Counted from the first letter of the stretch, positions 1-10,555 are shown. The stretch: DNA of 64,000 bases from an uncultured Candidatus Rokubacteria bacterium (GCA_963708025.1 CAVPSB010000012.1:288001-352000); one strand, 5' to 3'. The notes: generated by a model not told the origin, from the sequence alone. Numbers and translations: made by a program.

Positions 1-657
1 AGCGTCACCAGCACGACGAGCGTGTTGAGCGTGTTGGGCAGGAGGTGCCGGGTGATGATGCGCCAGGCCCCGGCGCCGGCGAGCCGCGCCTGGGCGATGA
101 AGTCCAGCCCCATCAGCGTCAGCACCTGGCCCCGGATCACCCGGGCGTAGCGCGCCCACAGGATCACGGCGATGGCGACCACCACGTTGACGAAGCTGGG
201 GCCCACCGTCACCGCCAGGATCAGCGCCAGGAGGATCACCGGGAACGACATGGTGGCGTCGGTGACGCGCATGAGCGCCACGTCCACGCGGCCGCCGTAG
301 TAGCCGGCCACCAGTCCCACCGCGGCCCCGACGACGGTGGCCAGGAGCACGGTGAGCACCCCCGCCGCCAGCGACACGCGCGAGCCCCAGAGGATCCGCG
401 AGAGGAGATCGCGGCCCAGCCGGTCGGTCCCGAGCGGGCGCTGCCAGCTCCCGGCCGCCTCCCACACCGGCGGCCGGAACCGGTTGCGGAGCGACTGCTC
501 CTGCGGGTCCGCCGGGCTCACCCAGGGCGCCAGCAGCCCGCCGAGCACGAAGAGGACGATGATGCCAGCGAGACGAGCGGGAGCCGGCCGCGGGTCCTCT
601 CGGCCGCGGGCCGGACGTCCAGCTCTGGCATCTCGGGCAGGGTCAGGACGGCGACAT
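1..657 (-). CDS. Peptide/nickel ABC permease (DppC/OppC-like), runs off the window edge, apparent frameshift near 565
   Basis: Manual minus-strand translation gives ...RPLGTDRLGRDLLSRILWGSRVSL...MRVTDATMSFPVILLALIL...ARLAGAGAWRIITRHLLPN, typical DppC motifs; exact start uncertain. Confidence 0.85.
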
Positions 658-765
658 TCGGGCCGGGGGGGAGCTGCGCGCTCATCCAGTTCGCCGCGGC
701 GCCTCGGGGCCTACGGCCCTCGGTGCGCCGCGTCCCTCCGGGCGCCCCGGGCCCCCCCTCCGGGT
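656..765 (-). repeat. Intergenic palindromic repeat family A, copy 1
   Basis: Reverse complement matches 52418-52526 over ~110 bp with few differences; terminal CCGGAGGGGGG...CTCCCCCCCGG stem and internal GGCCGTAGGCC hairpin. Confidence 0.9.
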
Positions 766-795
766 GTTCCCGGGCCCGCGCCGACGAGGCGCCCG

Positions 796-1717
796 TCAGC
801 GGGCATAGCGGATGCGCGGATCGAGCACGGCGTAGAGGCAGTCGACCGCGAGGTTCACCGCGGCCACGATGACGGCGGCGGTCAGCACCACGGCCTGGAT
901 CACCGGGAAGTCCCGCGAGGTGATCCCGTCGTAGGCGAGCCGCCCGAGCCCCGGCCACGCGAACACCGTCTCCACCACGATGGCCGTCGTCAGCAGGATC
1001 GCGAAGTAGATCCCGGCGAACGTGACGACGGGGATGAGCGCGTTCTTCAGGGCATGGAGCCACACCACCCGGCGCTCGGCGACGCCCTTGACGCGCGCCA
1101 GCTTGACGTACTCGGAGTCCAGCACCTCCAGCATGCCGGAGCGGAGCAGGCGCATCATCCCCGCCACCACGAACCACCCGAGCGTGAAGCCGGGCAGGAT
1201 GTAGCTCGCGAACCCCCCGGCGCCCCCCGCCGGCAGCCACTGGAGCCGCCCGGCCACGAACTCCACCAGGACGATGGCCACCCAGAAGGTCGGCAACGAC
1301 TGGCCGAGCACCGCCACCACCTGCGCCGCCCGGTCGATGCCCGTCCCCTTCTTCACGGCGGCCATCACGCCCAGCGGGAAGGCCATGGCCAGGGAGACGG
1401 CTCATGGCGAAGGCGGCGAGCCGCAGCGAGTTGGGCAGCCGCTCCCGGATCAGCTCGCTCACCGGTCGCCGGGCCCGGATCGAGGTGCCGAAGTCCCCGG
1501 TCACCGCCCTGGCCACGAACGAGACGTACTGCTCGGGGTAGGACCGGTCGAGGCCGAGGTACTGGCGCGCGTTGGCGTAGTCCTCGGGGGTCGCCGACAT
1601 GGGGAGGATGAGGTGAAGCGGGTCGCCGGTGGTCCGGGCCAGGACGAACACCACCACTGACAGGATGGCCAGGGTCACCAGCGACTGCAGCAGCCGTGAG
1701 AGAACGAAGCGGATCAC
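796..1717 (-). CDS. Peptide ABC permease (DppB/OppB-like), frameshift near 1395
   Basis: N-term MIRFVLSRLLQSLVTL...GDFGTS (ORF 518..1717) joins ORF 796..1386 with EYVKLARVKG, VFAWPGLG and LDPRIR. Confidence 0.9.
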
Positions 1718-1733
1718 GGCTCCCGCCGCATCA

Positions 1734-1812
1734 TTCTCGGAGGGGGTGTCGGAACACCCCCTCCGAGACCTCCCCCGGGGAGGGACTGCGGCGGCAAAGC
1801 CGCCGCTCGGAA
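1734..1812. repeat. Intergenic multi-hairpin (REP-like) element
   Basis: TCTCGGAGGGGGTGT...ACACCCCCTCCGAGA stem followed by GCGGCGGC-AAA-GCCGCCGC; similar GAGGGGGT...ACCCCCC stem at ~38556-38582. Confidence 0.55.
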
Positions 1813-1869
1813 CTCTTCTCGGGGCATCGCCTGCTTAGGGCGGCGCTGTCACTTTCTTCGGTTCGCCCC

Positions 1870-3456
1870 CTACTTCGAGGAGGCCAGCTCGTCGATGAAG
1901 AGGTCGTACATCACCGTGCCCGGGTTCCACTTGCCGAGCGTCTTGGACGTGGCGTACGGCGAGTGGACGTAGACCACCGGCACACCGTAGTGCTCGCTGC
2001 GGAGCCGCGTGTAGATGCCCCGCATCAAGGCGTTGATCTTCTCCCGGTCGGTCTGGCGCATCACCTGGGCGATCATGCCGTCGATCTCGGCGTCGTTCAC
2101 GGTGTCGTTGAGCTTGGACGGCGTGTAGGCCTGCTTCTCGAGCAGGGCGTAGGTGCCGATCCAGTCGCGGTTGGCGATGTTGTAGTACCCGACCGATCCC
2201 GGCGCCTTCCGGTCCACCCACAGCTTGCGGAAGGCCGGGTAGTCCACGGGGATCAGCTTGGTCTTGACGCCGATCTTCTCCCAGTACCCGGCCACCGCCT
2301 CGGCGAACGCCTTGCCCTCCGGGAGCCCCGGGAGCTGGAACGCGTAGACGTCCAGGGGGAAGCCCCCGGCCAGGCCCGCGTCGGCCAGGAGCTTCTTGGC
2401 CCGGTTCGGGTCGTAGGCGTAGGCCATCTCCGGGGTGACCTTGAAGCCGATGTCGCGGAACGACCAGGAGAGGCCCATCGGGATGGCGGCCGGCTCGGCG
2501 CTCCCCGCGAAGATGGCCTGGGCGATCTCGGCCCGGTCGATGGCGAGGTTGAGGGCCTCTCGGACCCGCTTGTCCTTCATCGGCGCGACCCAGCCGTCCG
2601 GGCCCAGCACGAACCACATGTGGACCTCCGCCTCCTCGCGGCGGAAGTGGACCGGGAAGCCCTCCTTCTCCAGCTCCTTGACGCGCTCGCGGCTCACGTC
2701 GGTCACGTCCACCTCGCCGCGGCGCAGGAGCGCGATGCGCGTCGTCTCCTCCGGCACCAGCCGGAAGGTGATGGTCTTGTACTTGGGGACGCCGAGGCGC
2801 CAGTGCTGGTCGACGGCGGCCAGCTTGATGTGGGAGCCGACCATCTGCTCCACGAACCGGTACGGGCCGCTCCCCACCGGCTTGCGGGCGAACACGTCGT
2901 CGCCGTTGGCCTCGATGTACTTCCGGGGCAGCACCATGCCCTCCGTCGAGAGCGAGCGCGACAGGTAGGTGGGGATGATGAGGGTCGACTCCTTGGTCAC
3001 GATCACGACGCGGTCGGGGGCCGGGGTCTCGATGTCCTGGATCAGGGTCCGGAGCGGGCCGGCGTAGCCGGTGGTGGAGCGCTTGCCCATGGCGCGCTGG
3101 AGGCTCCACTTGACGTCCTCGGCGGTCACCTCGTCGCCGTTGTGGAACTTCACGCCCTTGCGGAGGTGGAACGTCCAGCGCTTGTGATCCGCGGAGTTCT
3201 CCCACCGCAGAGCCAGGCCGCCGCTCTGCGACGGCTGGCCGTCGAGCGTGCTGCCGACCAGGTAGTCGAACATCAGGGAGAGGTAGTACTTGACGTTGTG
3301 GCCCTGGAGCGCGGGGTCGAGCGTCTCCGCCGAGAAGCTCGACAGCGCGACCGTCAGCTCCGACTTCGCCTGGGCCCAGCCGGGCCCGGCCGCGGCCAGG
3401 ATCGCGAGGGCCAGGGAGAGCAGCGACAGACAGACAATTCGACTCGTGCGCTTCAT
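1870..3456 (-). CDS. Peptide ABC substrate-binding protein (family 5, DppA-like)
   Basis: Signal peptide MKRTSRIVCLSLLSLALAIL...; WTFHLRKGVKFHNG, PVGSGPYRF and VREALNLAIDR motifs. Confidence 0.92.
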   Translation of the reverse strand: MKRTSRIVCLSLLSLALAILAAAGPGWAQAKSELTVALSSFSAETLDPALQGHNVKYYLSLMFDYLVGSTLDGQPSQSGGLALRWENSADHKRWTFHLRKGVKFHNGDEVTAEDVKWSLQRAMGKRSTTGYAGPLRTLIQDIETPAPDRVVIVTKESTLIIPTYLSRSLSTEGMVLPRKYIEANGDDVFARKPVGSGPYRFVEQMVGSHIKLAAVDQHWRLGVPKYKTITFRLVPEETTRIALLRRGEVDVTDVSRERVKELEKEGFPVHFRREEAEVHMWFVLGPDGWVAPMKDKRVREALNLAIDRAEIAQAIFAGSAEPAAIPMGLSWSFRDIGFKVTPEMAYAYDPNRAKKLLADAGLAGGFPLDVYAFQLPGLPEGKAFAEAVAGYWEKIGVKTKLIPVDYPAFRKLWVDRKAPGSVGYYNIANRDWIGTYALLEKQAYTPSKLNDTVNDAEIDGMIAQVMRQTDREKINALMRGIYTRLRSEHYGVPVVYVHSPYATSKTLGKWNPGTVMYDLFIDELASSK

Positions 3457-3626
3457 GGTTCGCCCCTCCGTTGGGACCGGCTTGGACGGGGACGGCAAGG
3501 CGCGGTGGGCCCTGCCCAGGGCACGGACACCGCCCCGACCCTACCGCGGGACGGCCCCGGAGGGCAAGCCCTCCTCGGCCGCGCGGGGCCTGTCAGGGCA
3601 GGCGGTCCACTGGCGCACCGCCTGCG

Positions 3627-4760
3627 CTACAGCCCGTAGAGCGCCCGGGCGTTCTCGCAGAGGATCCGCCGGCGCGCTCCGGCCGTGACGTGGCGGAAGT
3701 TGTCCTCGATCGCCTGCCGCGACTCCGGCCACGTGCTGTCGGCGTGCGGGTAGTCGGACGCCCACATCACGCGCTCCTCGCCGAGGACGTCGAGCAGGCG
3801 CAGCCCGGCGTGATCGGACTGGAACGTGGCCCAGACCTGCTGGTGGAAGTAGGCGCTCGGCGGCCGGGTGAGCGCGAGCCCGCCCTGCCGGCGCCAGTAC
3901 TCCTCGGCGTCGAGGAACCTCCGGTAGGTGTCGTCCATGCGCTCCAGCATGTAGGGGAGCCAGCCGATGCCGGTCTCGGCCAGGACAATCTTCAGGCCGG
4001 GATGGCGCTCCAGGGCGCCCGAGAAGATGACGGCGGCCAGCGGCTCGTCCATCTGCAGGGTGGAGCAGGCGACGCGCACGCCCATGTTCCCGGCGCTGGT
4101 GGCCTTGGGGCCGCTCCAGTGGACGGTGCGGAGCCCGCCTCCCAGGTGGAAGCCGAGGGGGATGCCGGTCTCGGCCGCGGCCTCCCAGAGCGGCTCCCAG
4201 GCCTCGTCCCAGAGCGGCAGCTCGACGCGGGCGGCCAGGAACATGCCGGTCCGCAGCCCGATCTCCCGGAGATGGCGCACCTCGTCGGCCGCGCTCTTCG
4301 GGTCGTCGATGGGCACCAGGCCGGCCCCGACGAACCGCTCGGGCGCCGTCGCGCAGAACCCGGCCAGCCAGTCGTTGTAGGCGCGGTAGCAGACCCGCCG
4401 GAGCTCGGGATCGGGGATCAGGAGCGGCACGATGGGCCCGTACATGACGGTCGCGTCGATCCCGTCGCGGTCCATGTCGGCCAGGCGCAGCTCGGTCGTG
4501 GTGGGCCGCAGCACCCCGGGCTCCAGCACGCCCCCCCGCTCCAGCGCCAGGCGCCGGCCGCCCATGGCGCCGGCCGCGCCCTTTCGCCCGCCCCAGGCAT
4601 CCCAGCGGTCGCCGCCGCAGACCCAGTAGGGGCCCTCGGGCGTGTCCACGACCCGGGGGGCGCGCTCGCGCCACTCCGGCGGGACCCGGCGCTGCCAGAG
4701 GTCCCTGGGCAGCCACTGGAGGTCGATGTGATCGTCGGCAGAGATGACCCGGTATTCCAT
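3627..4760 (-). CDS. Amidohydrolase family 2 (LigW/ACMSD-like) protein
   Basis: ISADDHI, RLADMDRDGID, YNDWLA, FHLGGG and MWASDYPHADSTWP motifs; GGAGGAG RBS before ATG 4760. Confidence 0.9.
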   Translation of the reverse strand: MEYRVISADDHIDLQWLPRDLWQRRVPPEWRERAPRVVDTPEGPYWVCGGDRWDAWGGRKGAAGAMGGRRLALERGGVLEPGVLRPTTTELRLADMDRDGIDATVMYGPIVPLLIPDPELRRVCYRAYNDWLAGFCATAPERFVGAGLVPIDDPKSAADEVRHLREIGLRTGMFLAARVELPLWDEAWEPLWEAAAETGIPLGFHLGGGLRTVHWSGPKATSAGNMGVRVACSTLQMDEPLAAVIFSGALERHPGLKIVLAETGIGWLPYMLERMDDTYRRFLDAEEYWRRQGGLALTRPPSAYFHQQVWATFQSDHAGLRLLDVLGEERVMWASDYPHADSTWPESRQAIEDNFRHVTAGARRRILCENARALYGL

Positions 4761-4837
4761 GGCGCACTCCTCCGGAGGGTCTTCGGCCCCGCGCCCGCCC
4801 TCGTCTGCCCGCCAGCATAGCCCACCCGGGGCGCCCC

Positions 4838-4868
4838 TTGACACCGTCTCTCCGCGTGAGCGTAAATC
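4838..4868 (+). promoter_or_regulatory. Possible sigma70 promoter of the sugar ABC operon
   Basis: Perfect TTGACA at 4838-4843; only a weak -10 (GTAAAT) downstream. Confidence 0.3.
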
Positions 4869-4926
4869 GATGGCGTCCGGGGGTCGTCCGAGGGTGGAGA
4901 CCGCGTTCGGGGAAGGGGAGGAGCCA

Positions 4927-6216
4927 ATGATCCGCACTCGCTTCCTTCGTGGCTCGATCTGTGCGCTCGCCTTGCTCGTCACCGGCTACGCGACGCCGGG
5001 GCGGGCCGAGACGACCGTGACCCTGTGGAGCATGGGCGGCGACCAGCCGAAGTGGGTCGAGTGGATGAACGTGCTCGTCGAGAAGTTCGAGAAGAAGAAC
5101 CCCGGCGCCAAGGTCAAGGTGACGTGGTACGAGAAGATGGCCCTGAGCGCCGCCCTCAAGACGGCCCTGCGCGCGGGCCAGGGTCCCGACATCATCTACG
5201 GCGAGCCCGATCAGTCGGAGTACGCCGACGCCGGCTACCTCATGCCGCTCGATGCCGTCGCCAACTGGCAGAACATCGAGCCCTGGGCCCGCACCGCCTG
5301 GTCCAGCAAGGGCCACAGCTGGGGGATCCCCATCTCGGCCTACACGAACGAGATCTACTACAACAAGGACCTGATGAAGAAGCTCGGCGTCACCATCCCG
5401 CCGAGCGGCCAGGTGAGCCAGGCCGAGTTCCTGACGATCGTCAAGAAGTCGGCGGCGGCCGGCATCACGCCGATCGCCCTGGGCACCGGCGACCGGCCCT
5501 TCCCGGGGGCGTACCTCTCGTTCGAGCCGATGCTGCGCAAGCTGGGGCCGCAGGACTACCGGAAGCTGCTGGAGGGCGAGATCTCGTACGGCGACCCCCG
5601 GGTCGTCCAGGTCCTGCGATGGGTGAAGGAGATCGTTGACGCGGGGGCGCTCCCCAAGACGTTCTCGACGATGACCCTGACCGACTCCTACGCCTACTTC
5701 TACGCGAAGCCCGGCGGCCTCCTGTACCCCCAGGGCACGTGGTACGCGGGGCGGGCCTTCGCCCCGCCGGAGAAGGGCGGACAGCCGGCGGGGTTCCCGC
5801 TGGGGATCATGAACTACCCGGCCATGGACGGCGGGGCGTGCAACGAGTGCAAGACGCTGGCGGTGGGCGGCGGCTACTCGATCAACGCGGACACCAAGGA
5901 GCGCGCCTCCGCGGTCGCGTTCATGAGCGAGATGGCGACGCCGGAGATGGGCACGCTCTGGGTCAGCTCGAGCTCCCGCCAGAGCGGCATCAAGTCGGAC
6001 GCCTCGGCCATCACCGGTCCCTACAAGGCCTACTTCGAGGAGCTGATGGCGCTCAACCGGAACGCCAAGTTCTCCATCGGCATCCCCCTCGACTACGTCA
6101 AGGGCCAGTGCAAGGAGACCTTCATCCAGGTCGTGAACGTCGCGTTCCCGGCCGGCCTGATCGGGGTCGACGAGACGATCAAGCGGATGAACGCCGCCTG
6201 CTACAAGGGCAAGTAG
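4927..6216 (+). CDS. Carbohydrate ABC substrate-binding protein (CUT1)
   Basis: Signal peptide; FEKKNPGAKVKV, GPDI and IYYNKDLMKKLG motifs; GGAGGAG RBS. Confidence 0.9.
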   Translation: MIRTRFLRGSICALALLVTGYATPGRAETTVTLWSMGGDQPKWVEWMNVLVEKFEKKNPGAKVKVTWYEKMALSAALKTALRAGQGPDIIYGEPDQSEYADAGYLMPLDAVANWQNIEPWARTAWSSKGHSWGIPISAYTNEIYYNKDLMKKLGVTIPPSGQVSQAEFLTIVKKSAAAGITPIALGTGDRPFPGAYLSFEPMLRKLGPQDYRKLLEGEISYGDPRVVQVLRWVKEIVDAGALPKTFSTMTLTDSYAYFYAKPGGLLYPQGTWYAGRAFAPPEKGGQPAGFPLGIMNYPAMDGGACNECKTLAVGGGYSINADTKERASAVAFMSEMATPEMGTLWVSSSSRQSGIKSDASAITGPYKAYFEELMALNRNAKFSIGIPLDYVKGQCKETFIQVVNVAFPAGLIGVDETIKRMNAACYKGK

Positions 6217-6274
6217 CGGCGGCACCGCGGGCGGCCGAGACCCCGGGCGGACACGCCGCCGCACGGCGAACGTA

Positions 6275-7210
6275 GTGAAGGACTCCGCGCCCGCCCCGGC
6301 TCGCCCGAGCAGCCCAGCCCGAGGCTGGCGGCCGGGCCCCATCGCGTCCATCGCCGTGTTCATGGGGCCGGCGCTCCTGGTCTTTTTCGGCCTGACCGCG
6401 TATCCGGTCCTGCGCACCCTCGTCAACAGCCTCCACACGATCAAGCCCCGGGGGGTCGAGGAGTTCGTCGGCCTCGCCAACTACGCCGAGCTGCTGCGCG
6501 ACGGCACCTTCTGGACGGCGGTGGGCAACACGCTGATCTGGGCGGGCGTGGCGCCGGTGCTCGACGTCGGGGTCGGCCTGCTGCTGGCGCTCTGCCTCTA
6601 CGCGAGAGTCCCCTTCGCCCGCTTCTTCCGCGTGGCCTGGTTCACCCCGGCCCTGATCTCCTACGTCGTGGTGGCGATCGTCTGGACGTGGATCTACAAC
6701 TACGACTGGGGGGCGGCCAACGAGCTGCTCGCCTGGATCGGCCTGGGGCGCCTGCGCACGGCCTGGATCGGCCAGCCGGCCACCGCCCTGTGGGCGCTCA
6801 TCCTGGTCGACGTCTGGAAGTGGGCCGGCTTCAACATGATCGTGTGCCTGGCCGCGCTTCACTCGCTGCCCTCGGAGGTCGTGGAGGCGGCGGAGCTCGA
6901 CCGGTGCGGCTGGATGGCCAAGCTGGTCTTCATCGCGGTGCCGATGATCCGGACGACGCTGACCGGGCTCCTGATCCTGGGCTTCATCGGCAAGATGAAG
7001 GTCTTCGACCTGGTCTGGATCATGACCCGGGGCGGCCCGCTGTGGGCGACGGAGACGGTCTCGACCTACGTCTACAAGCGGGCCTTCGACTGGAACACCT
7101 TCGACCTCGGCTACCCCTCCGCCCTCGCCTCCGTCTGGTTCGCGGTCGTCCTGGCCGGCGTCATGGCGCTGTCACGGGTCTTCCGGCCGCGCGAGCGCCT
7201 GGAGTACTAG
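6275..7210 (+). CDS. Carbohydrate ABC permease 1
   Basis: FVGLANY, WKWAGFNMIVCLAAL, EAAELD (EAA loop), MTRGGP. Confidence 0.92.
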   Translation: MKDSAPAPARPSSPARGWRPGPIASIAVFMGPALLVFFGLTAYPVLRTLVNSLHTIKPRGVEEFVGLANYAELLRDGTFWTAVGNTLIWAGVAPVLDVGVGLLLALCLYARVPFARFFRVAWFTPALISYVVVAIVWTWIYNYDWGAANELLAWIGLGRLRTAWIGQPATALWALILVDVWKWAGFNMIVCLAALHSLPSEVVEAAELDRCGWMAKLVFIAVPMIRTTLTGLLILGFIGKMKVFDLVWIMTRGGPLWATETVSTYVYKRAFDWNTFDLGYPSALASVWFAVVLAGVMALSRVFRPRERLEY

Positions 7211-7216
7211 GTGGGC

Positions 7217-7434
7217 GGCCGATGAGCGTCGCAACGTTCATCTCGGTCGGGACGCGCTCGGCCTACGGCCTCGCGTCCGTCCCGACCTCTGGTCGTCCTC
7301 GGTCGTCGCCGATCCTCGGCGTACTCGGAGTACGCCTGCGGTCGGCGACTCCCTGCGTCCTAGCGCTGCTCGCTCCTCGGCCCCGCCCCGGGGACCCTGA
7401 ATCGACCATGATCTTGGCGCTTCAAGGAACCTAG
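7217..7434 (+). repeat. Intergenic structured repeat family C, copy 1
   Basis: Core GGTCGTCGCCGATCCTCGGCGTAC..GGAGTACGCCTGCGGTCGGCGACTCCCTGCGTCCTAGCGCTGCTCGCTCCTCGGCCC shared with 39797-39988 (-) and 50579-50736 (+). Confidence 0.93.
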
Positions 7435-7436
7435 CC

Positions 7437-8264
7437 GTGACCCTCGTGGGTCGGCTTCCGCGGCTGCTGCTGCTGGTCGGGCTGGGGCTCTACACCGCCT
7501 TCGTGCTCGGCCCCCTGGTCTGGCTGGCGATCATGTCGGTCCGGACCACGCCGGAGATCAACCTGGCGCCGTATGCCCTGCCGGGCGTCTACCACTGGGA
7601 CAAGTACGCGACGGCCTGGACCGGGTCGCGCTACGGCGCCTACTTCTGGAACAGCACGCTGGTCGCCCTCGGCGCGGTGTCGATCGTCACGGTCATCGGC
7701 GCCATGGCCGCCTACTGCCTCGGCCGCCGGCGCTTCCCCGGAAACCGGGCGATGCTGTACCTGATCGTCAGCACCATCATCCTGCCGCCGCAGATCACGA
7801 TCATCGCGCTGTTCCAGGTCCTGGTGGGCTACCGCCTCTACAACACGCTGGCCGGCCTGATCCTGGTCTACATCGGCACCCAGCTGCCGCTGACGGTCTA
7901 CATCCTGGAGAGCTTCTTCGCGCGGCTGCCCCAGGACCTGTTCGACGCCGCCCGGATGGACGGCTACTCCGAGCTGGAGATCTTCTGGCGCATCGCCGTG
8001 CCCGTCGGCATGCCGGCCATCGTCACCACGGTCATCCTGAACGTGATCCTGCTCTGGAACGAGTTCCTCTTCGCCGTCGTCCTGATCGCCGACGACGCCA
8101 AGCGCACACTGCCGCTGGGCCTGCAGAAGTTCATGGGGGACCAGTTCGTCGACGTCGGGATGATCGCGACGGGCGTGATGATCTCGATCATCCCGGTGAT
8201 CGCCGTCTACGCCTTCTTCTCCGAGAAGATCATCCAGGGCATGACGGCGGGCGCCGTCCGATGA
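7437..8264 (+). CDS. Carbohydrate ABC permease 2
   Basis: YFWNS, DAARMDG (EAA loop), WNEFLFA, C-terminal IIQGMTAGAVR. Confidence 0.92.
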   Translation: MTLVGRLPRLLLLVGLGLYTAFVLGPLVWLAIMSVRTTPEINLAPYALPGVYHWDKYATAWTGSRYGAYFWNSTLVALGAVSIVTVIGAMAAYCLGRRRFPGNRAMLYLIVSTIILPPQITIIALFQVLVGYRLYNTLAGLILVYIGTQLPLTVYILESFFARLPQDLFDAARMDGYSELEIFWRIAVPVGMPAIVTTVILNVILLWNEFLFAVVLIADDAKRTLPLGLQKFMGDQFVDVGMIATGVMISIIPVIAVYAFFSEKIIQGMTAGAVR

Positions 8265-8282
8265 CCGGGCGAGATGGATCGG
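8211..8282 (+). repeat. Direct repeat, copy 1 (3' end of permease gene)
   Basis: Matches 10679-10749 with 7 mismatches and 1 gap over 72 nt (manual alignment). Confidence 0.9.
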
Positions 8283-8389
8283 ACTCAGGCCGAGGCGGTG
8301 GGCAGCGGCCGAGGCGGAGATTCGCTATGATGCGGCCGGCGGCGAGCCGCGGGTCGACCGGAATGGCGAGAGACGAGAGGAGCGGGCAC

Positions 8390-10555
8390 ATGAAGACGAC
8401 AGGCGTGTTGGGCTCCGCGATGGTGGCGGTCGGCATCGTCGCGCTCCTGGCCGCCGGCCAGGCGCGGCTGGGCGCCCAGCCGAGCGCCGACCCGGCGATC
8501 CACGTCGGCGACCGGGATCTCGGCGGCGTGGTCACCAGCGCGAACGGCCCGGAAGCCGGCGTCTGGGTGATCGCGGAAACCACCGACCTGCCCACGAAGT
8601 TCGCCCGGATCGTGGTCACCGACGACCAGGGGCGCTACGTCCTGCCCGACCTCCCGAGCGCCAGCTACCGGGTGTGGGTGCGCGGCTACGGGCTCGTCGA
8701 TTCCCCCAGGGTGCAGACGGCGCCCGGGAAGATCGTGAACCTGACCGCGGTGGTGGCGCCGAGCGCGGCCGCCGCGGCGGAATACTATCCGGCCATCTAC
8801 TGGTATTCCATGCTGAGGGTGCCGGACAAGAGCGAGTTCCCCGGCACCGGGCCCGGCGGCAACGGGATGCCGGTGACACTGAAGAGCCAGGCGCACTGGC
8901 TGGACGTCGTCAAGACGAACGGCTGCTACACGTGTCACCAGCTCGGCAACAAGGCGACGCGCACGATCCCGAAAGAGCTGGGCGAGTTCAAGAGCTCGGA
9001 CGAGGCGTGGGCGCGCCGCATCCTGTCCGGACAGGCCATGACCCAGATGGCCAACGGCATCCACCGGCTCGACCCTGCGCGCGCGTACCGGCTGTTCGCG
9101 GAGTGGACCGATCGGATCGCCGCCGGCGAGCTGCCCCGGTCGAAGCCGCCGCGCCCACAAGGCGTGGAGCGCAACGTCGTCGTCACGCTCTGGGACTGGG
9201 CCGGCCCCCGGGACTACCTGCACGACGAGGTCTCCACCGACAAGCGCAACCCCACGATCAATCCCAACGGCCTGATATACGGCTCGCCGGAGGAGAGCAC
9301 GGATCTCTTCCCGGTGCTCGATCCCGTGAACCACAAGGCGACCCAGGTCCGGATGCCGGTGCGCGACCCCAACACGCCCTCGTCGAGGCAGAATGCGATG
9401 CTGCCGTCGCCGTACTGGGGCGCCGAGCCGATCTGGGACAGCCAGACCAGCATGCACAACCCGATGCTCGACGAGAAGGGGCGGGTCTGGTTCACCTCGC
9501 GAGTCCGTCCGCCCGCGAACCCGGACTTCTGCAAGAAGGGGTCGGACCATCCGTCGGCCAGGCTCACCCCGGTCGAGTCGGCCAACCGGCATCTCGCCAT
9601 GTACGAGCCGAAGACCGGGAAGACCACGCTGATCGGCACGTGCTTCCCCACCCACCACCTCGTGTTCGCGGAGGACGCCAGCCACACGCTGTGGACCAGC
9701 GCCGGCGGCCCGCAGAGCGGCGTCGTCGGCTGGCTGAACCGGAAGACGTTCGAGGAGACGGGCGACGAGCAGAAGTCCCAGGGCTGGACGGCGCTCGTCC
9801 TCGACACCAACGGCAACGGCAAGCGGGACGACCACGTGGAGCCCGGCCAGCCCCTCGACCCGACGAAGGACAAGCGGATCCTGGCGGCCTTCTACGGCAT
9901 CGGCGTGAACCCGGTCGACGGGACGATCTGGGGCTCGGTCCTGGGCTTCCCCGGCTACGTCATCCGGCTCGATCCGGGACCGAACCCCCCGGCGACCGCC
10001 CTGGCGGAGGTCTTCGAGCCGCCCTTGCCGGGATACGCGCCGCGCGGCATGGACATCGACCGGAGCGGGGTCGTCTGGACGCCGCTGTCGAGCGGCCACA
10101 TGGCCAGCTTCGACCGGCGCAAGTGCAAGGGGCCGCTCAACGGACCCACGGCGACCGGCCCGCACTGTCCCGAGGGGTGGACGCTCTACCCGTTCCCCGG
10201 ACCCCAGCTCCAGAACGTGACCGACCCCGGCAGCGCCGAGGCGAGCTACTACACCTGGGTGGACCAGTTCGACACCTCCGGGCTGGGCAGGGACGTGCCC
10301 ATCGCCACCGGCAATGCCAACGAGGCCCTGCTGGCCCTCGTGGACGGGCGATTCGTCACGCTTCGCGTCCCCTATCCCATGGGGTTCTTCGCCAAGTGGA
10401 TGGATGGGCGCATCGACGATCCGAATGGCGGCTGGAAGGGCCGGGGGCTGTGGGCGACCTACGCCACCCGGACGCCGTTCCACGTCGAGGGCGGCAAGGG
10501 GACGACCCCCAAGGTCGTGAAGTTCCAGCTTCGCCCCGATCCGCTGGCGAGGTGA
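8390..10555 (+). CDS. Secreted protein: carboxypeptidase-regulatory-like domain, one CxxCH heme motif, probable beta-propeller (Vgb-like) region
   Basis: Signal peptide; VVTDDQGRYVLPDLPSASYRVWVRGYGL; GCYTCHQ (CxxCH at 8924-8938); repeated strands such as DEKGRVWFT and DRSGVVWT; AGGAG RBS and TATGAT at 8326-8331. Confidence 0.75.
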   Translation: MKTTGVLGSAMVAVGIVALLAAGQARLGAQPSADPAIHVGDRDLGGVVTSANGPEAGVWVIAETTDLPTKFARIVVTDDQGRYVLPDLPSASYRVWVRGYGLVDSPRVQTAPGKIVNLTAVVAPSAAAAAEYYPAIYWYSMLRVPDKSEFPGTGPGGNGMPVTLKSQAHWLDVVKTNGCYTCHQLGNKATRTIPKELGEFKSSDEAWARRILSGQAMTQMANGIHRLDPARAYRLFAEWTDRIAAGELPRSKPPRPQGVERNVVVTLWDWAGPRDYLHDEVSTDKRNPTINPNGLIYGSPEESTDLFPVLDPVNHKATQVRMPVRDPNTPSSRQNAMLPSPYWGAEPIWDSQTSMHNPMLDEKGRVWFTSRVRPPANPDFCKKGSDHPSARLTPVESANRHLAMYEPKTGKTTLIGTCFPTHHLVFAEDASHTLWTSAGGPQSGVVGWLNRKTFEETGDEQKSQGWTALVLDTNGNGKRDDHVEPGQPLDPTKDKRILAAFYGIGVNPVDGTIWGSVLGFPGYVIRLDPGPNPPATALAEVFEPPLPGYAPRGMDIDRSGVVWTPLSSGHMASFDRRKCKGPLNGPTATGPHCPEGWTLYPFPGPQLQNVTDPGSAEASYYTWVDQFDTSGLGRDVPIATGNANEALLALVDGRFVTLRVPYPMGFFAKWMDGRIDDPNGGWKGRGLWATYATRTPFHVEGGKGTTPKVVKFQLRPDPLAR

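Noticed and set aside
7217-7434. Family C repeat as tRNA, known riboswitch or short peptide gene
   Set aside because: No cloverleaf or T-loop and no riboswitch consensus I can recognise; shared peptide strings in the ORF track simply reflect the DNA repeat
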